From the NCBI GenBank assembly GCA_035438745.1, contig DAORIX010000002.1, forward strand, positions 1,830 to 65,829: a DNA stretch of 64,000 nucleotides. The letters run 5' to 3'. Under the pieces are notes generated by a model. That model did no database searches, was not told where the DNA came from, and saw only the letters and a program-made list of their open reading frames with translations. This document shows, in pieces, positions 9,740 to 19,169 of the stretch. Every line of letters starts with the position of its first letter. The first letter of the stretch is position 1. The DNA is from Minisyncoccota bacterium (GTDB taxonomy: Bacteria; Patescibacteriota; Minisyncoccia; Phycocordibacterales; UBA6065). Position numbers and translations under genes: made by a program.

Positions 9740-10999
9740 TTATTTTTTGAAGTAAGACGTGAATGTGTCAAAAGACATACATTCGATTTTTCCTGTTGAT
9801 CGTTCTTTAACCTCAACCCCCTGTTCTTTGAGAGTTTTATCACTCACTACGACACGAAGTGGAATACCTATGAGATCAGAGTCAGCGAACTTTTCTCCTG
9901 GACGCATATCTCTGTCATCAAAGAGAACTTCGATACCAGCTTTTTTCAAATTCTCATACATACGCACTGCCTCTTTTTCTGTTTCGCTTCCCGCTTTACC
10001 TAGAGAGATGAGATGTACTGCGTACGGAGCAATTGATTGTGGCCACACAATGCCTGACGCATCAGAGAGCACTTCCACAACAGTTCCCATGAGGCGTCCT
10101 GGGCCAATACCGTATGAACCCATGACAACAGGCTTCGGACTACCAGTCTCATCAACATACGTGAGCTCAAAAGCATCAGAGAATCGTGTGCCGAGACTAA
10201 ATATATTTCCCACCTCAACAGCTTTTTTTGGTACGAGATCTGATTTTTCTACACCGAGATCTTTGAGTACATCGTCAGTGAGCACTTCTTTGTTTACGGC
10301 AATCTTTTTCTTTTCATCAACGTAGATAGTGTCCTCACCCGCGTCGGTGATTGTCTGAAATTCATGAGAATATTTTGAAAAGCTACCGCCCGAAGCAAAG
10401 GTAACATAGGTTTTATCGCCCAAACCTACACGATTAAATACTCGAATGTATGCCTCTTTTGCCTTTTCATAAAAAGCTTCGTGACTCGGTATGTCTTTTG
10501 AAAAAGAATAGAGATCTTTCATCAAAAATTCGCGACCGCGCATAATACCTGATTTCGCACGAGCTTCATTTCTGAATTTTGTTTGGATCTGATACGTATA
10601 CACAGGCAAGTCTCGATACGATCTGATGTAATCTTTCATTAAATGAGTGAGCGGTTCCTCATGAGTGAATCCCAAACCGAGCTCAGTATCGTTTTTTAAT
10701 TTTGTTTTGAACCAGTTGTCGACAACTGCGTCTGACCAACGCCCTGTTGTGTCCCATACATTTTTATCCTGAAGAGCGGTCAAAAATAATTCCTCACCTC
10801 CAATAGCGTTCATTTCCTCGCGAATAATTGTCGTGATTTTATTCATCACTCGCAAACCGAGAGGTAAAAAAGAATACACACCAGCCATTTCCTTGTGTAT
10901 AAAACCAGCACGAATGAGTAGCTCTGCATTTTTGCTCACTTCGTCCTTGGGTGCTTCTTTGCGTGTTTTTGTAAAGAGAAGAGATTGCCTCATGGCCAT
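9740..10999 (-). CDS. proS: Proline--tRNA ligase (short form without editing insertion)
   Basis: LL.RAGFI, THEE, KFRNE.R, REFLMKD.YSF, EVGNIF.LG, MGSYGIG, C-terminal anticodon-binding domain. Confidence 0.95.
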   Translation of the reverse strand: MAMRQSLLFTKTRKEAPKDEVSKNAELLIRAGFIHKEMAGVYSFLPLGLRVMNKITTIIREEMNAIGGEELFLTALQDKNVWDTTGRWSDAVVDNWFKTKLKNDTELGLGFTHEEPLTHLMKDYIRSYRDLPVYTYQIQTKFRNEARAKSGIMRGREFLMKDLYSFSKDIPSHEAFYEKAKEAYIRVFNRVGLGDKTYVTFASGGSFSKYSHEFQTITDAGEDTIYVDEKKKIAVNKEVLTDDVLKDLGVEKSDLVPKKAVEVGNIFSLGTRFSDAFELTYVDETGSPKPVVMGSYGIGPGRLMGTVVEVLSDASGIVWPQSIAPYAVHLISLGKAGSETEKEAVRMYENLKKAGIEVLFDDRDMRPGEKFADSDLIGIPLRVVVSDKTLKEQGVEVKERSTGKIECMSFDTFTSYFKK

Positions 11000-11076
11000 A
11001 ATAATAGCTTATTTTGAGCTTTTACAAACCCTTGCGATTATTTTTATTTGTGGTATTATATTAGAGAAACACTCAC

Positions 11077-11250
11077 ATGAATGTCCTTCTCCGGAACACC
11101 ATCCACGTCATCGGAAGTATCGTTTCTTCAGGTCTCTGTGTAGCCATCGCGCACAATGCTTTGAAACAAGAACCTCCCCTTGTCATGTATGGTATCTCCT
11201 GGTTTTGTCTGGCGGTGATATTTATGTATCACGCCCTACGCAAACACTAA
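11077..11250 (+). CDS. Small hydrophobic protein (57 aa), not in ORF track
   Basis: MNVLLRNTIHVIGSIVSSGLCVAIAHNALKQEPPLVMYGISWFCLAVIFMYHALRKH*, followed by a strong terminator. Confidence 0.5.
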   Translation: MNVLLRNTIHVIGSIVSSGLCVAIAHNALKQEPPLVMYGISWFCLAVIFMYHALRKH

Positions 11251-11260
11251 GGGAAAATTC

Positions 11261-11308
11261 AAGGGCTCGTTCGATTCTATCGAACGAGCCCTTCTTCTTT
11301 TTCTTTTT
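11261..11308 (+). terminator. Intrinsic terminator (15-bp stem)
   Basis: aagggctcgttcgat-tct-atcgaacgagccctt then T-rich run. Confidence 0.8.
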
Positions 11309-11320
11309 TGTCGCAAAAAA

Positions 11321-12412
11321 TTAGAGCAATTTCATCACGTCTTTTACGGTGATGAAAATCATAAACACGAGAAGTAAACCAAATCCAACAACATTGAGCG
11401 TGTTAGCAATAACTGGTTTTATCGGACGACGTATTACCGCTTCAATGAGAACAAAAAATATACGCCCTCCATCGAGTGCAGGAAACGGAATGAGGTTAAG
11501 TACCGCAAGGTTGAGCGAAATGAAAGCCGTAAATGACATCAAGTAGGCAAACCCAAGTTCACGCGCCTCGCCTACAAGTCCCGCAATACCTACAGGACCT
11601 GCAACACCCGAAAAGTCAGCGGTACCCGTAACGATACCTGCGAGTAAATTATAAATATGGGAACTAATACCTACGAAAAGTCCAAAAGTGAGACGTGCCC
11701 CTTCTACAAACGCTGTATGAATAGGAAGAGAAACATTTCCAACAATATCCATCGAAATACCCACAGCGTAGACATCAGAATCTGCTTTCTGTAGAGGAGT
11801 TACACTGAGCGTTCTTTCTTTTGCTCCTTCACGCAAAACAAAATCAAGAGGAGTTCCCTGCGATTCTTTGACAAGGTTTTGCACTTCTTCTACTGTCTGA
11901 GGCAAAACATTTTCTGATCCCCGCACAATAGCCATAATCTCCTCGCCTGCACGTATACCAGCGGTTCCCGCGGGCGATTCTGAGAGTACACTCGTGATAA
12001 TCACACGCCTGTCTTCGACATACTGCGCCGGAATATCAGAAACTCCTGTCGTGAGACCTGACATGAGAGATATAGAAAAGAATACCCACGCGAGGATAAT
12101 GTTCATGAGAACACCCGAAGACAAAATGAGTACCTGTGCCCATTTTGGTTTATGCACGAAACTGCGTGCACTGTCAGGACCCTGTATAGACTCGTCGTCA
12201 GGATTTTCACCAAATATTTTTACGAAACCGCCAAACGGAACGGCATTGATTGAATATACGGTCTCTCCCCACTTTTTTGAAAAAATCTTTGGCGGAAAAC
12301 CGAGGCCGAATTCATCAACACGAACGCCTAACTTTTTTGCAGAAATAAAATGACCGAACTCATGCACGAGAACGAGCACCGCAAGTATAATGAGAAATAT
12401 AATTATAGACAT
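11321..12412 (-). CDS. rseP: RIP metalloprotease RseP (M50, PDZ)
   Basis: HEFGH, GG.VKI.GE, PDZ domain, NLIPFPALDGG. Confidence 0.95.
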   Translation of the reverse strand: MSIIIFLIILAVLVLVHEFGHFISAKKLGVRVDEFGLGFPPKIFSKKWGETVYSINAVPFGGFVKIFGENPDDESIQGPDSARSFVHKPKWAQVLILSSGVLMNIILAWVFFSISLMSGLTTGVSDIPAQYVEDRRVIITSVLSESPAGTAGIRAGEEIMAIVRGSENVLPQTVEEVQNLVKESQGTPLDFVLREGAKERTLSVTPLQKADSDVYAVGISMDIVGNVSLPIHTAFVEGARLTFGLFVGISSHIYNLLAGIVTGTADFSGVAGPVGIAGLVGEARELGFAYLMSFTAFISLNLAVLNLIPFPALDGGRIFFVLIEAVIRRPIKPVIANTLNVVGFGLLLVFMIFITVKDVMKLL

Positions 12413-12419
12413 ATAACTT

Positions 12420-12971
12420 CTAGCTCATTATTTCCTTCTCCTTCTTTTCAAACTGATCTGATAGTTTTTTGTTTACCTCATCAACAATCTTCTGTACCTC
12501 TTGTTTAAGCTTGAAGTGTTCATCCTTTCCCATACCACCCTCTTTTTCTTTTTTATCAATATCAGAAATAACTTCGTCACGATACTTTCGAAGAGTAATG
12601 CGAGCGTGCTCCAATTTTTCTTTTGCCATTTTTACAAACTGCGTACGTGACTCCGTCGTGAGCGCTGGAAAAGAAACACGCACCCCTTTTTCATCAACAG
12701 AAACCGAGAGTCCGAGATTTGCGGTGGTAATTGCCTTTTCAATAGGCTTCACTTGGCTCGCATCCCACGGAACAATACGAATTGTTCTCGGGTCCTCGCT
12801 CGTGATAGCAGCAACTTGGTTGATAGACATAAATTGTCCGTATGATTCAACCTTTACGGTATCCAAAACAGACGGATTTGCACGGCCGGTACGTACGGTA
12901 CCGAGCTCTTTTTGAAGCCACGCCTCAGATGTTTTTGTCTTTTCTTTAAATGAAGAAAGATTGTATGCCAT
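12420..12971 (-). CDS. frr: Ribosome recycling factor
   Basis: RTGRANP..LD, PWD, P.LT.E.R, KEKEIM. Confidence 0.96.
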   Translation of the reverse strand: MAYNLSSFKEKTKTSEAWLQKELGTVRTGRANPSVLDTVKVESYGQFMSINQVAAITSEDPRTIRIVPWDASQVKPIEKAITTANLGLSVSVDEKGVRVSFPALTTESRTQFVKMAKEKLEHARITLRKYRDEVISDIDKKEKEGGMGKDEHFKLKQEVQKIVDEVNKKLSDQFEKKEKEIMS

Positions 12972-13024
12972 AGTGGTAAATAAAAAAATAAAATGGTTCA
13001 AAACCTCAATCAGAGACTAGTATA

Positions 13025-13690
13025 TCACAAACGAGGCATCATGAGAGCGATATGTTCCAAAATCAACTTAAGCGACGACGATCTGTCGCGCAAGAATGAT
13101 TGAAAGCGTACTAATGTCTCGTATATATCATGGCGATCAAGGAAGAGTTTCCTCTTGTGCACAAGAGCAATGAGTCGTTCCACAAAAAGCTGTGCCTTAA
13201 CTTTGTCTTTTTCATCGATAATGCTCTTCATTGCTTCCAAACGCACACTATATGGTGCCTGTAAAAAAGCGACGACCTTGGCATCAAAGTCCTCATTCTG
13301 AGCGTCGACAGACGAGTGACGTATTACTACCACACGAGAAAGAAGTGTCGGTAAAAAACGTTCAAGTGATGATGTGATGATAAAAAAATGTGTCCCTTCG
13401 GTTGGCTCTTCAAAAACCTTGAGTAAAGCATTCTGAGCTTCGTGATTCATGGAATCAACACAAAACAAAAATATCTTTCTCGAACCCGAAAATCCTCGAT
13501 AATTCTGCATACCCTGAATCTTTCGACTGTCATCAATACCAAAATGAGAAAACTCTTCATAGAAAAAATCAGGATTTCCCTGACGCACAATACCGAGCTC
13601 CTCCTTGAGGAGGCCACACACTTCGGAGACAATACGTTCCTTGTCTCCATAAATAATGTATGCGTGGTGAACAGAATCCTTTGTAAACAT
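13025..13690 (-). CDS. holB: DNA polymerase III delta' subunit-like (degenerate AAA+)
   Basis: HAY, PD, AQNALLK.FEEP, LPT..SR motifs; no Walker A or Zn finger. Confidence 0.7.
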   Translation of the reverse strand: MFTKDSVHHAYIIYGDKERIVSEVCGLLKEELGIVRQGNPDFFYEEFSHFGIDDSRKIQGMQNYRGFSGSRKIFLFCVDSMNHEAQNALLKVFEEPTEGTHFFIITSSLERFLPTLLSRVVVIRHSSVDAQNEDFDAKVVAFLQAPYSVRLEAMKSIIDEKDKVKAQLFVERLIALVHKRKLFLDRHDIYETLVRFQSFLRDRSSSLKLILEHIALMMPRL

Positions 13691-13726
13691 GGGCTCAGTA
13701 TAAAACACTCTACAGCAGAGAGAAAG

Positions 13727-13890
13727 AAAAAAGCCCCACTCTTTTACGAGCGGGGCTAGTCTTCGGCAGTACAGATAGCCTGGTTACAGAATCATGAGCA
13801 AGACCCAAACAGATGCCCACCGAAACGTATGTCTACCTATACTGTGTGTACACACGGCACTCAAAAAAGATTCGTGCGTGAAGAAGACTA
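13727..13890 (-). ncRNA. Putative structured small RNA (6S-like candidate) with own promoter and terminator
   Basis: TTGACT-17bp-TATACT upstream; nested pairings TAGTCTTC/GAAGACTA, CAGTATAGGTAG/CTATCTGTACTG, GTGGGCA/TGCTCAT; ends in terminator AGCCCCGCTC-GTAAAA-GAGTGGGGCT-TTTTT. Confidence 0.55.
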
Positions 13891-13896
13891 TAATGT

Positions 13897-13925
13897 AGTA
13901 TACACCCAAACACTGATAAAGTCAA
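13897..13925 (-). promoter_or_regulatory. Near-consensus sigma70 promoter
   Basis: -35 TTGACT (13925-13920), 17-bp spacer, -10 TATACT (13902-13897). Confidence 0.7.
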
Positions 13926-13942
13926 GTGTCTGTTTTTATGGC

Positions 13943-14956
13943 TTACCTCTTGGCGATAATAGTCTTTTTGTATACGTCGAGATGGTCCATAGCAATACCT
14001 GTCCCCTTCACCACACAATAGAGAGGATCTTCGGCAAGCACGGCCTTTACTCCAGTGCGACGAAACACGAGCTCGGGGAGATTGCGCAACATTGATGAGC
14101 CTCCTGTCATAGTAATACCCTGATCAATAATATCTGCTGACAATTCTGGCGGAGTTTCTTGAAGTACGTCTTTGATAGCTTTGATCATATCTCGTAGCTC
14201 CCTACTAATCGCTTTTACAATTTCATTTGTTTTTATTTCTGTTGAACGAGGAAGACCTGAAATAAAATCACGGCCTTTAATAGTCATCACGAGCTCCTCT
14301 TCGAGAGGCACAGCAGAACCGATCTGCATTTTTATATCCTCAGCAGTCTTGTCTCCGATAGCGAGATTGAATGTTTTCTTTATATAGTCGGCGATAGCCG
14401 CGTCGATTTTGTTACCTGCGCATTTTACAGACGTAGACGACACGATTCCTCCGAGAGAAATAACCGCCACATCAGTAGTACCGCCTCCAATATCTACGAT
14501 CATGTGACCCTTTGCTTCATGAATAGGAATACCCGCACCAATAGCCGCGAGAATGGGCTCCTTTACGACGTATGCATTTTTTGCCCCTGCGTTAATGGCT
14601 GCCTCTACCACAGCGCGTCTCTCTGTTGAAGTGATGCCTGCGGGTACAGAGACGAGAACTTCTGGTTTCCACAAATTCCACTTACCGAGAGCTTTGTCGA
14701 TAAAGTATTTGAGCATCGCCTCAGTCACACGATAGTCGGCAATCACACCGTCCTTCATTGGTCGGTACGCAATGATTGATTCTGGAGTACGTCCAATCAT
14801 TGATTTTGCATCGAGTCCCACCGCCAAGATTTTGTTGTCTTGCTCAGAAACAGCCACAACAGAAGGTTCGTTGAGTACAATACCTTTGCCCGGTACAAAC
14901 ACGAGCGTGTTTGCGGTTCCCAAGTCGATTCCAAGTTTTTTAGTAAATAATGACAT
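13943..14956 (-). CDS. mreB: MreB/Mbl paralogue
   Basis: GIDLGTANT, EPSVVA, RPMKDGVIAD, DIGGGTTD. Confidence 0.95.
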   Translation of the reverse strand: MSLFTKKLGIDLGTANTLVFVPGKGIVLNEPSVVAVSEQDNKILAVGLDAKSMIGRTPESIIAYRPMKDGVIADYRVTEAMLKYFIDKALGKWNLWKPEVLVSVPAGITSTERRAVVEAAINAGAKNAYVVKEPILAAIGAGIPIHEAKGHMIVDIGGGTTDVAVISLGGIVSSTSVKCAGNKIDAAIADYIKKTFNLAIGDKTAEDIKMQIGSAVPLEEELVMTIKGRDFISGLPRSTEIKTNEIVKAISRELRDMIKAIKDVLQETPPELSADIIDQGITMTGGSSMLRNLPELVFRRTGVKAVLAEDPLYCVVKGTGIAMDHLDVYKKTIIAKR

Positions 14957-15053
14957 AGAGTGGCTATACTATACGCTTTTTTTACTGTTTTGCGATAGTT
15001 GACTGTTTGAATATATATGACTTGATTCTGTGTATAAACAACAGTTTACTAAC

Positions 15054-15069
15054 ATAGCATATATGCTAT
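15054..15069. promoter_or_regulatory. Perfect 16-bp palindrome overlapping the -10 box of HTH-murA; candidate operator
   Basis: ATAGCATATATGCTAT overlapping TATACT at 15067-15072. Confidence 0.55.
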
Positions 15070-15109
15070 ACTATAAAGACATTACTCTTTTAACACATCA
15101 GCCTTGCGT

Positions 15110-16639
15110 ATGAAAAAAACAGAGGACACATTGATTGCTATAGGACACATGATTGCACGTTTGCGAGAAGACAGACGTATGACTCAGGCGGAGCTAGGAG
15201 AAAAAATCGGCACGACCCAGTCAGTTATTGCGCGCATCGAAAAAGGAGAACAAAACCTCTCTACTGAGTCCCTCTCAAAAATAAGTCAGGCACTCAACCA
15301 TGAAATACTCTCGCTCTCACGTGGAGGAACGGTCAATTTTCGTATAGAAGGTGGCAAAAAACTATCAGGATCAATACAAGTACGCACATCTAAAAATGGA
15401 GCGGTAGGAGTCATGTGTGCTTCCCTACTCAACAAAGGCAAGACGGTCATCAAAAATACTCCGAAAATCGAAGAGGTGTTTCGTATTATTGAAGTATTTG
15501 AATCAATAGGAGTAAAAATAGAATGGAAAGGAAATGATCTCCACATTACTCCACCAGAAACATTTTCTCTCAAAGATATTCACTACGAATCAGCTGCAAA
15601 AACACGCAGTGTCGTCATGATGATTGGTTCACTCATTCATCGAATGAAGAAATTTAACCTACCTCAAGCAAGCGGATGCAAATTGGGATCACGCACCATA
15701 AAACCCTACGTATACGCTCTCGAAAAACTTGGCGTCACCATTGAGACGAGCTCGCTGTATTACGAAGTTGAGCATCAAGGTCTCAAGAAAAATAGAGAAA
15801 TCATTATGTATGAGGCAGGTGACACAGTAACTGAGGCAGTACTCATGGCATCAGCACTCATACCAGGAACAACAGTGATTAAATTTGCCTCAGCAAACTA
15901 TCAGGTACAGGACGTATGTTTCTACCTCGAGCTTCTCGGTGTACGTATCGAAGGCATAGGCACATCGACACTCACCGTACACGGCCTCGACACCAGCGTA
16001 CAAAAAGATGTTGAGTACTTCTTGTCCGAAGACCCTATCGAAGCAATGTCTCTCATCACCATAGCGATAGTAACGAATTCATCGATAGTCATCGAGAGAT
16101 GCCCTATTGATTTTCTCGAACTCGAACTTCTCAAACTTGAAAAAATGGGCTTCAAGTACAAAATACTCAAACGCTACAAAGCAGATAACGGCAAAACAAA
16201 CCTCGTCGATATAGAAACAAAACCTTCAAAACTCACTGCGCTCACAGAAAAAATACACGCACAACCGTACCCAGGAATAAATATGGACAATCTTCCCTTC
16301 TTTGCGGTCATTGGTACCCAAGCAGAAGGCGAAACATTTATTCACGATTGGGTATATGAAGAACGAGCGATTTACTACAAAGAACTCGATAAGCTTCGCG
16401 CAGATACTATCCTCGCCGATCCTCACCGTTTTTATGTAAAAGGCCCAACAAAACTCAAAGCTACGGAAATTGTTTGCCCACCAGCATTACGACCATCAGT
16501 AGTACTCATGATTGCTATGATGGGAGCGCAAGGTACTTCAGTACTCAGAAATGTCTACAATATTAACCGTGGATACGAAGACCTTGCCGAGCGACTCAAC
16601 AAAATAGGAGCACACATAGAAACATTCAGAGACCTCTAA
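15110..16639 (+). CDS. murA: XRE-HTH fused UDP-N-acetylglucosamine 1-carboxyvinyltransferase
   Basis: N-terminal TQAELGEKIGTTQSVIARIEKG HTH; SKN, GCKLGSR (catalytic Cys), PYPG..D, RGYE. Confidence 0.92.
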   Translation: MKKTEDTLIAIGHMIARLREDRRMTQAELGEKIGTTQSVIARIEKGEQNLSTESLSKISQALNHEILSLSRGGTVNFRIEGGKKLSGSIQVRTSKNGAVGVMCASLLNKGKTVIKNTPKIEEVFRIIEVFESIGVKIEWKGNDLHITPPETFSLKDIHYESAAKTRSVVMMIGSLIHRMKKFNLPQASGCKLGSRTIKPYVYALEKLGVTIETSSLYYEVEHQGLKKNREIIMYEAGDTVTEAVLMASALIPGTTVIKFASANYQVQDVCFYLELLGVRIEGIGTSTLTVHGLDTSVQKDVEYFLSEDPIEAMSLITIAIVTNSSIVIERCPIDFLELELLKLEKMGFKYKILKRYKADNGKTNLVDIETKPSKLTALTEKIHAQPYPGINMDNLPFFAVIGTQAEGETFIHDWVYEERAIYYKELDKLRADTILADPHRFYVKGPTKLKATEIVCPPALRPSVVLMIAMMGAQGTSVLRNVYNINRGYEDLAERLNKIGAHIETFRDL

Positions 16640-16715
16640 GGCTTTTTGTTTGACCGCTGTGTACTTATCTGGTTGAGTATAAACAGCCACAACTTAGGGG
16701 TATACTTAAAAAGCT

Positions 16716-18596
16716 ATGTTTCTCGTATCTGTCATACCTATCTCGCGGGGCATCGCAACAGATTCCCTATCGTATTTTTCAAAAGAAGCCCCAAAAGAAG
16801 GGTCTGTTGTCACTGTCCCTCTTCGGAAAAAAACGGCTCATGGACTTGTTATAAAAGTTTCTCCTGCCCAAGAGGCAAAATCAGAAATAAAAAACGCAGA
16901 CTTTGAACTCAAAAAAATAGAGGGTCGTTCGCGTACCATTTTTTCTCAATCATTTATCAAAACAGCTGAAGAGGCTGCAACGTATCACACAGGAACAATC
17001 GGTGGCGCGCTCTACGAAATAATCCCGAAAGCAATACTCACCCATCTCGACACAGTACTCGAGTGTACAGAGCCTCACTATGTCGCGAATATTCGACAGC
17101 ATTTTGTACTTCAAGAAAACGATGATGATCGATTTGCTCATTACAAAGGTATCGTGCGTGAAAAATTTGCAAAAAAACGCTCAGTGTTCTTGCTCATGCC
17201 TACAATCGAAGATCTCAAAAAAGGTAGAGCATATCTTGAAAAAGGTATTCAGGACTATACCTATGTTTTTCACAGCGACATGACGCAAAAAGAAACGGTT
17301 GATTTATGGAACAAGGCGCTTCGCGAAAAGCACCCTATTCTCATCATCGGCACGAGTATTTTTCTATCTCTACCACGCTCTGATATTGGGATGATTATTG
17401 TAGAAAAAGACAATTCACGTGGTTACAAAAATATTGGTAGACCCTTCCTCGATATGCGTTATGTTGCCGAGCGTTTAGCAAAAAACATAGGTGCAGATTT
17501 TCTGATTGGCGACTCATGTCTACGTGTTGAAACCATCGAGAGACACAACGAGGGAGATTTTGTCGAATTTGCTCCTCTGTCATTCCGCTCTCTCTCAACA
17601 GCAACCGACGAACTCATAGACATGAAAAAATATTCGGGTCGTGAAGATGGTTTTCGTGTACTATCTGATGAATTTATCAATCTCATCAAAACGAATAAAG
17701 AAAACAATGAACTGCTCTTTGTTTTCGCCGCGAGAAGGGGTGTCTCGCCTTCTACAGTCTGTTCTGATTGCGAGGATGTATTATCCTGTGCAAAGTGCAA
17801 TACACCACTTATCCTCCACGGAAAAGATGATTACCGTTTTTTCCTCTGTAATCATTGCGGAAAAAAATACGACGCAAAAACAACCTGCAAAAAATGTGGT
17901 AGCTGGCGTCTCAAGCCACTCGGTATAGGTAGTGAACTCGTCGAGGAAAAAATCAAAGAAATACTTCCTGATACAAAAATATTCCGTATTGATAAAACAG
18001 TCGCCACCACACACAAGAAAGCTGTTTCCATCGCTGAAAAATGGATGTCTTCTCCTGGAAGCATACTCATAGGTACCGAAATGGCGCTCACCTACATCGA
18101 CAAAAAAATCGACAACTGTGCTATAGCGACCCTCGACTCATACTTTTCAATACCGGATTTTCGTATAAGTGAAAAAATATTCTCTATCATTCTCAAAATG
18201 AGATCTCTTGCGCACAAAAGGTTCCTCCTGCAGACACGAAGGCCCGATGAAGCCCTCCTGTCCTACGCGTGGAAAGGAAATATGATTGACTTCTTTCGAG
18301 AAGAAATAATCTTGCGACGCGCACTCAACTTTCCGCCATTTTCAGTACTTGTTAAACTCTCTTCGAGTGGCACAAAAGAGCGTGTTACAGAAGACATGAA
18401 AACGATAAAAACACTATGTAGCGACTATGGCGTGGATGTCTTTCCTGCGTTTGTTTCACTCCCACGAGGACATGTGGGAATGCACGCACTCATCCGTATT
18501 GAAAAGAAAAGCTGGCCAGACAAAAAACTTATTCAAATACTTGAAACCCTACCCCAATCCTTTACGGTAAATATTGACCCTGAGAGCCTCCTCTAA
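16716..18596 (+). CDS. priA: Primosomal protein N' (PriA), helicase motifs degenerate
   Basis: N-terminal 3'-binding domain (VP.R), RRG, four CxxC, G.G.E, PDFR..E, PPF; Walker A and DExH not recognisable. Confidence 0.85.
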   Translation: MFLVSVIPISRGIATDSLSYFSKEAPKEGSVVTVPLRKKTAHGLVIKVSPAQEAKSEIKNADFELKKIEGRSRTIFSQSFIKTAEEAATYHTGTIGGALYEIIPKAILTHLDTVLECTEPHYVANIRQHFVLQENDDDRFAHYKGIVREKFAKKRSVFLLMPTIEDLKKGRAYLEKGIQDYTYVFHSDMTQKETVDLWNKALREKHPILIIGTSIFLSLPRSDIGMIIVEKDNSRGYKNIGRPFLDMRYVAERLAKNIGADFLIGDSCLRVETIERHNEGDFVEFAPLSFRSLSTATDELIDMKKYSGREDGFRVLSDEFINLIKTNKENNELLFVFAARRGVSPSTVCSDCEDVLSCAKCNTPLILHGKDDYRFFLCNHCGKKYDAKTTCKKCGSWRLKPLGIGSELVEEKIKEILPDTKIFRIDKTVATTHKKAVSIAEKWMSSPGSILIGTEMALTYIDKKIDNCAIATLDSYFSIPDFRISEKIFSIILKMRSLAHKRFLLQTRRPDEALLSYAWKGNMIDFFREEIILRRALNFPPFSVLVKLSSSGTKERVTEDMKTIKTLCSDYGVDVFPAFVSLPRGHVGMHALIRIEKKSWPDKKLIQILETLPQSFTVNIDPESLL

Positions 18597-18638
18597 AACC
18601 TCCTTTACCTTTTCTGTATTACGTTTTACTATCAGTTC

Positions 18639-19169
18639 ATGGTACCTATCGTCCAAAAAGACAATCCTGTACTCAGAGCACAGGCAAAACCTGTACCCGT
18701 TGAAGATATAGGTTCAGTAAAAATTCAAAAAATACTTGCTGATATGAAGCAAGCTCTCGACTCTCAAGAAGACGGAGTAGCTTTGGCAGCGCCTCAAATC
18801 GGCGCATCTCTACGTATTTTTATTATTTCAGGAAAAGTTTTTGACCTTATCTCTGGAAAAGAAGAGTCTGATAAAAAAGGAGAATCTGATAATAAAGATA
18901 TTGTCTGCATAAACCCGGAAATAATAAAACTATCCAAGGTAAAAAAAGAAGTCGAGGAGGGATGCTTGTCTGTAAGATACCTCTATGGAAAAACTAAACG
19001 AGCGAAACAAGCAAAGATAAAAGCGTTTGATGAAAACGGGAGACCGTTTGAATTAGGAGGTTCAGGACTACTCGCTCAAATATTTCAACACGAAATTGAC
19101 CATCTCAACGGTATACTCTTTACCGACACCGCAACCGATGTGCACGATTTACCTCCAAAAAACCAATGA
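18639..19169 (+). CDS. def: Peptide deformylase
   Basis: GVALAAPQIG, EGCLS, QHEIDHLNG. Confidence 0.97.
   Translation: MVPIVQKDNPVLRAQAKPVPVEDIGSVKIQKILADMKQALDSQEDGVALAAPQIGASLRIFIISGKVFDLISGKEESDKKGESDNKDIVCINPEIIKLSKVKKEVEEGCLSVRYLYGKTKRAKQAKIKAFDENGRPFELGGSGLLAQIFQHEIDHLNGILFTDTATDVHDLPPKNQ

Noticed and set aside
13727-13890. SRP RNA, tmRNA or RNase P RNA
   Set aside because: Lacks the SRP CAGG-GNRA-AGCA motif, tmRNA GGGG/TTCGA ends and RNase P GAGGAAAGTCC
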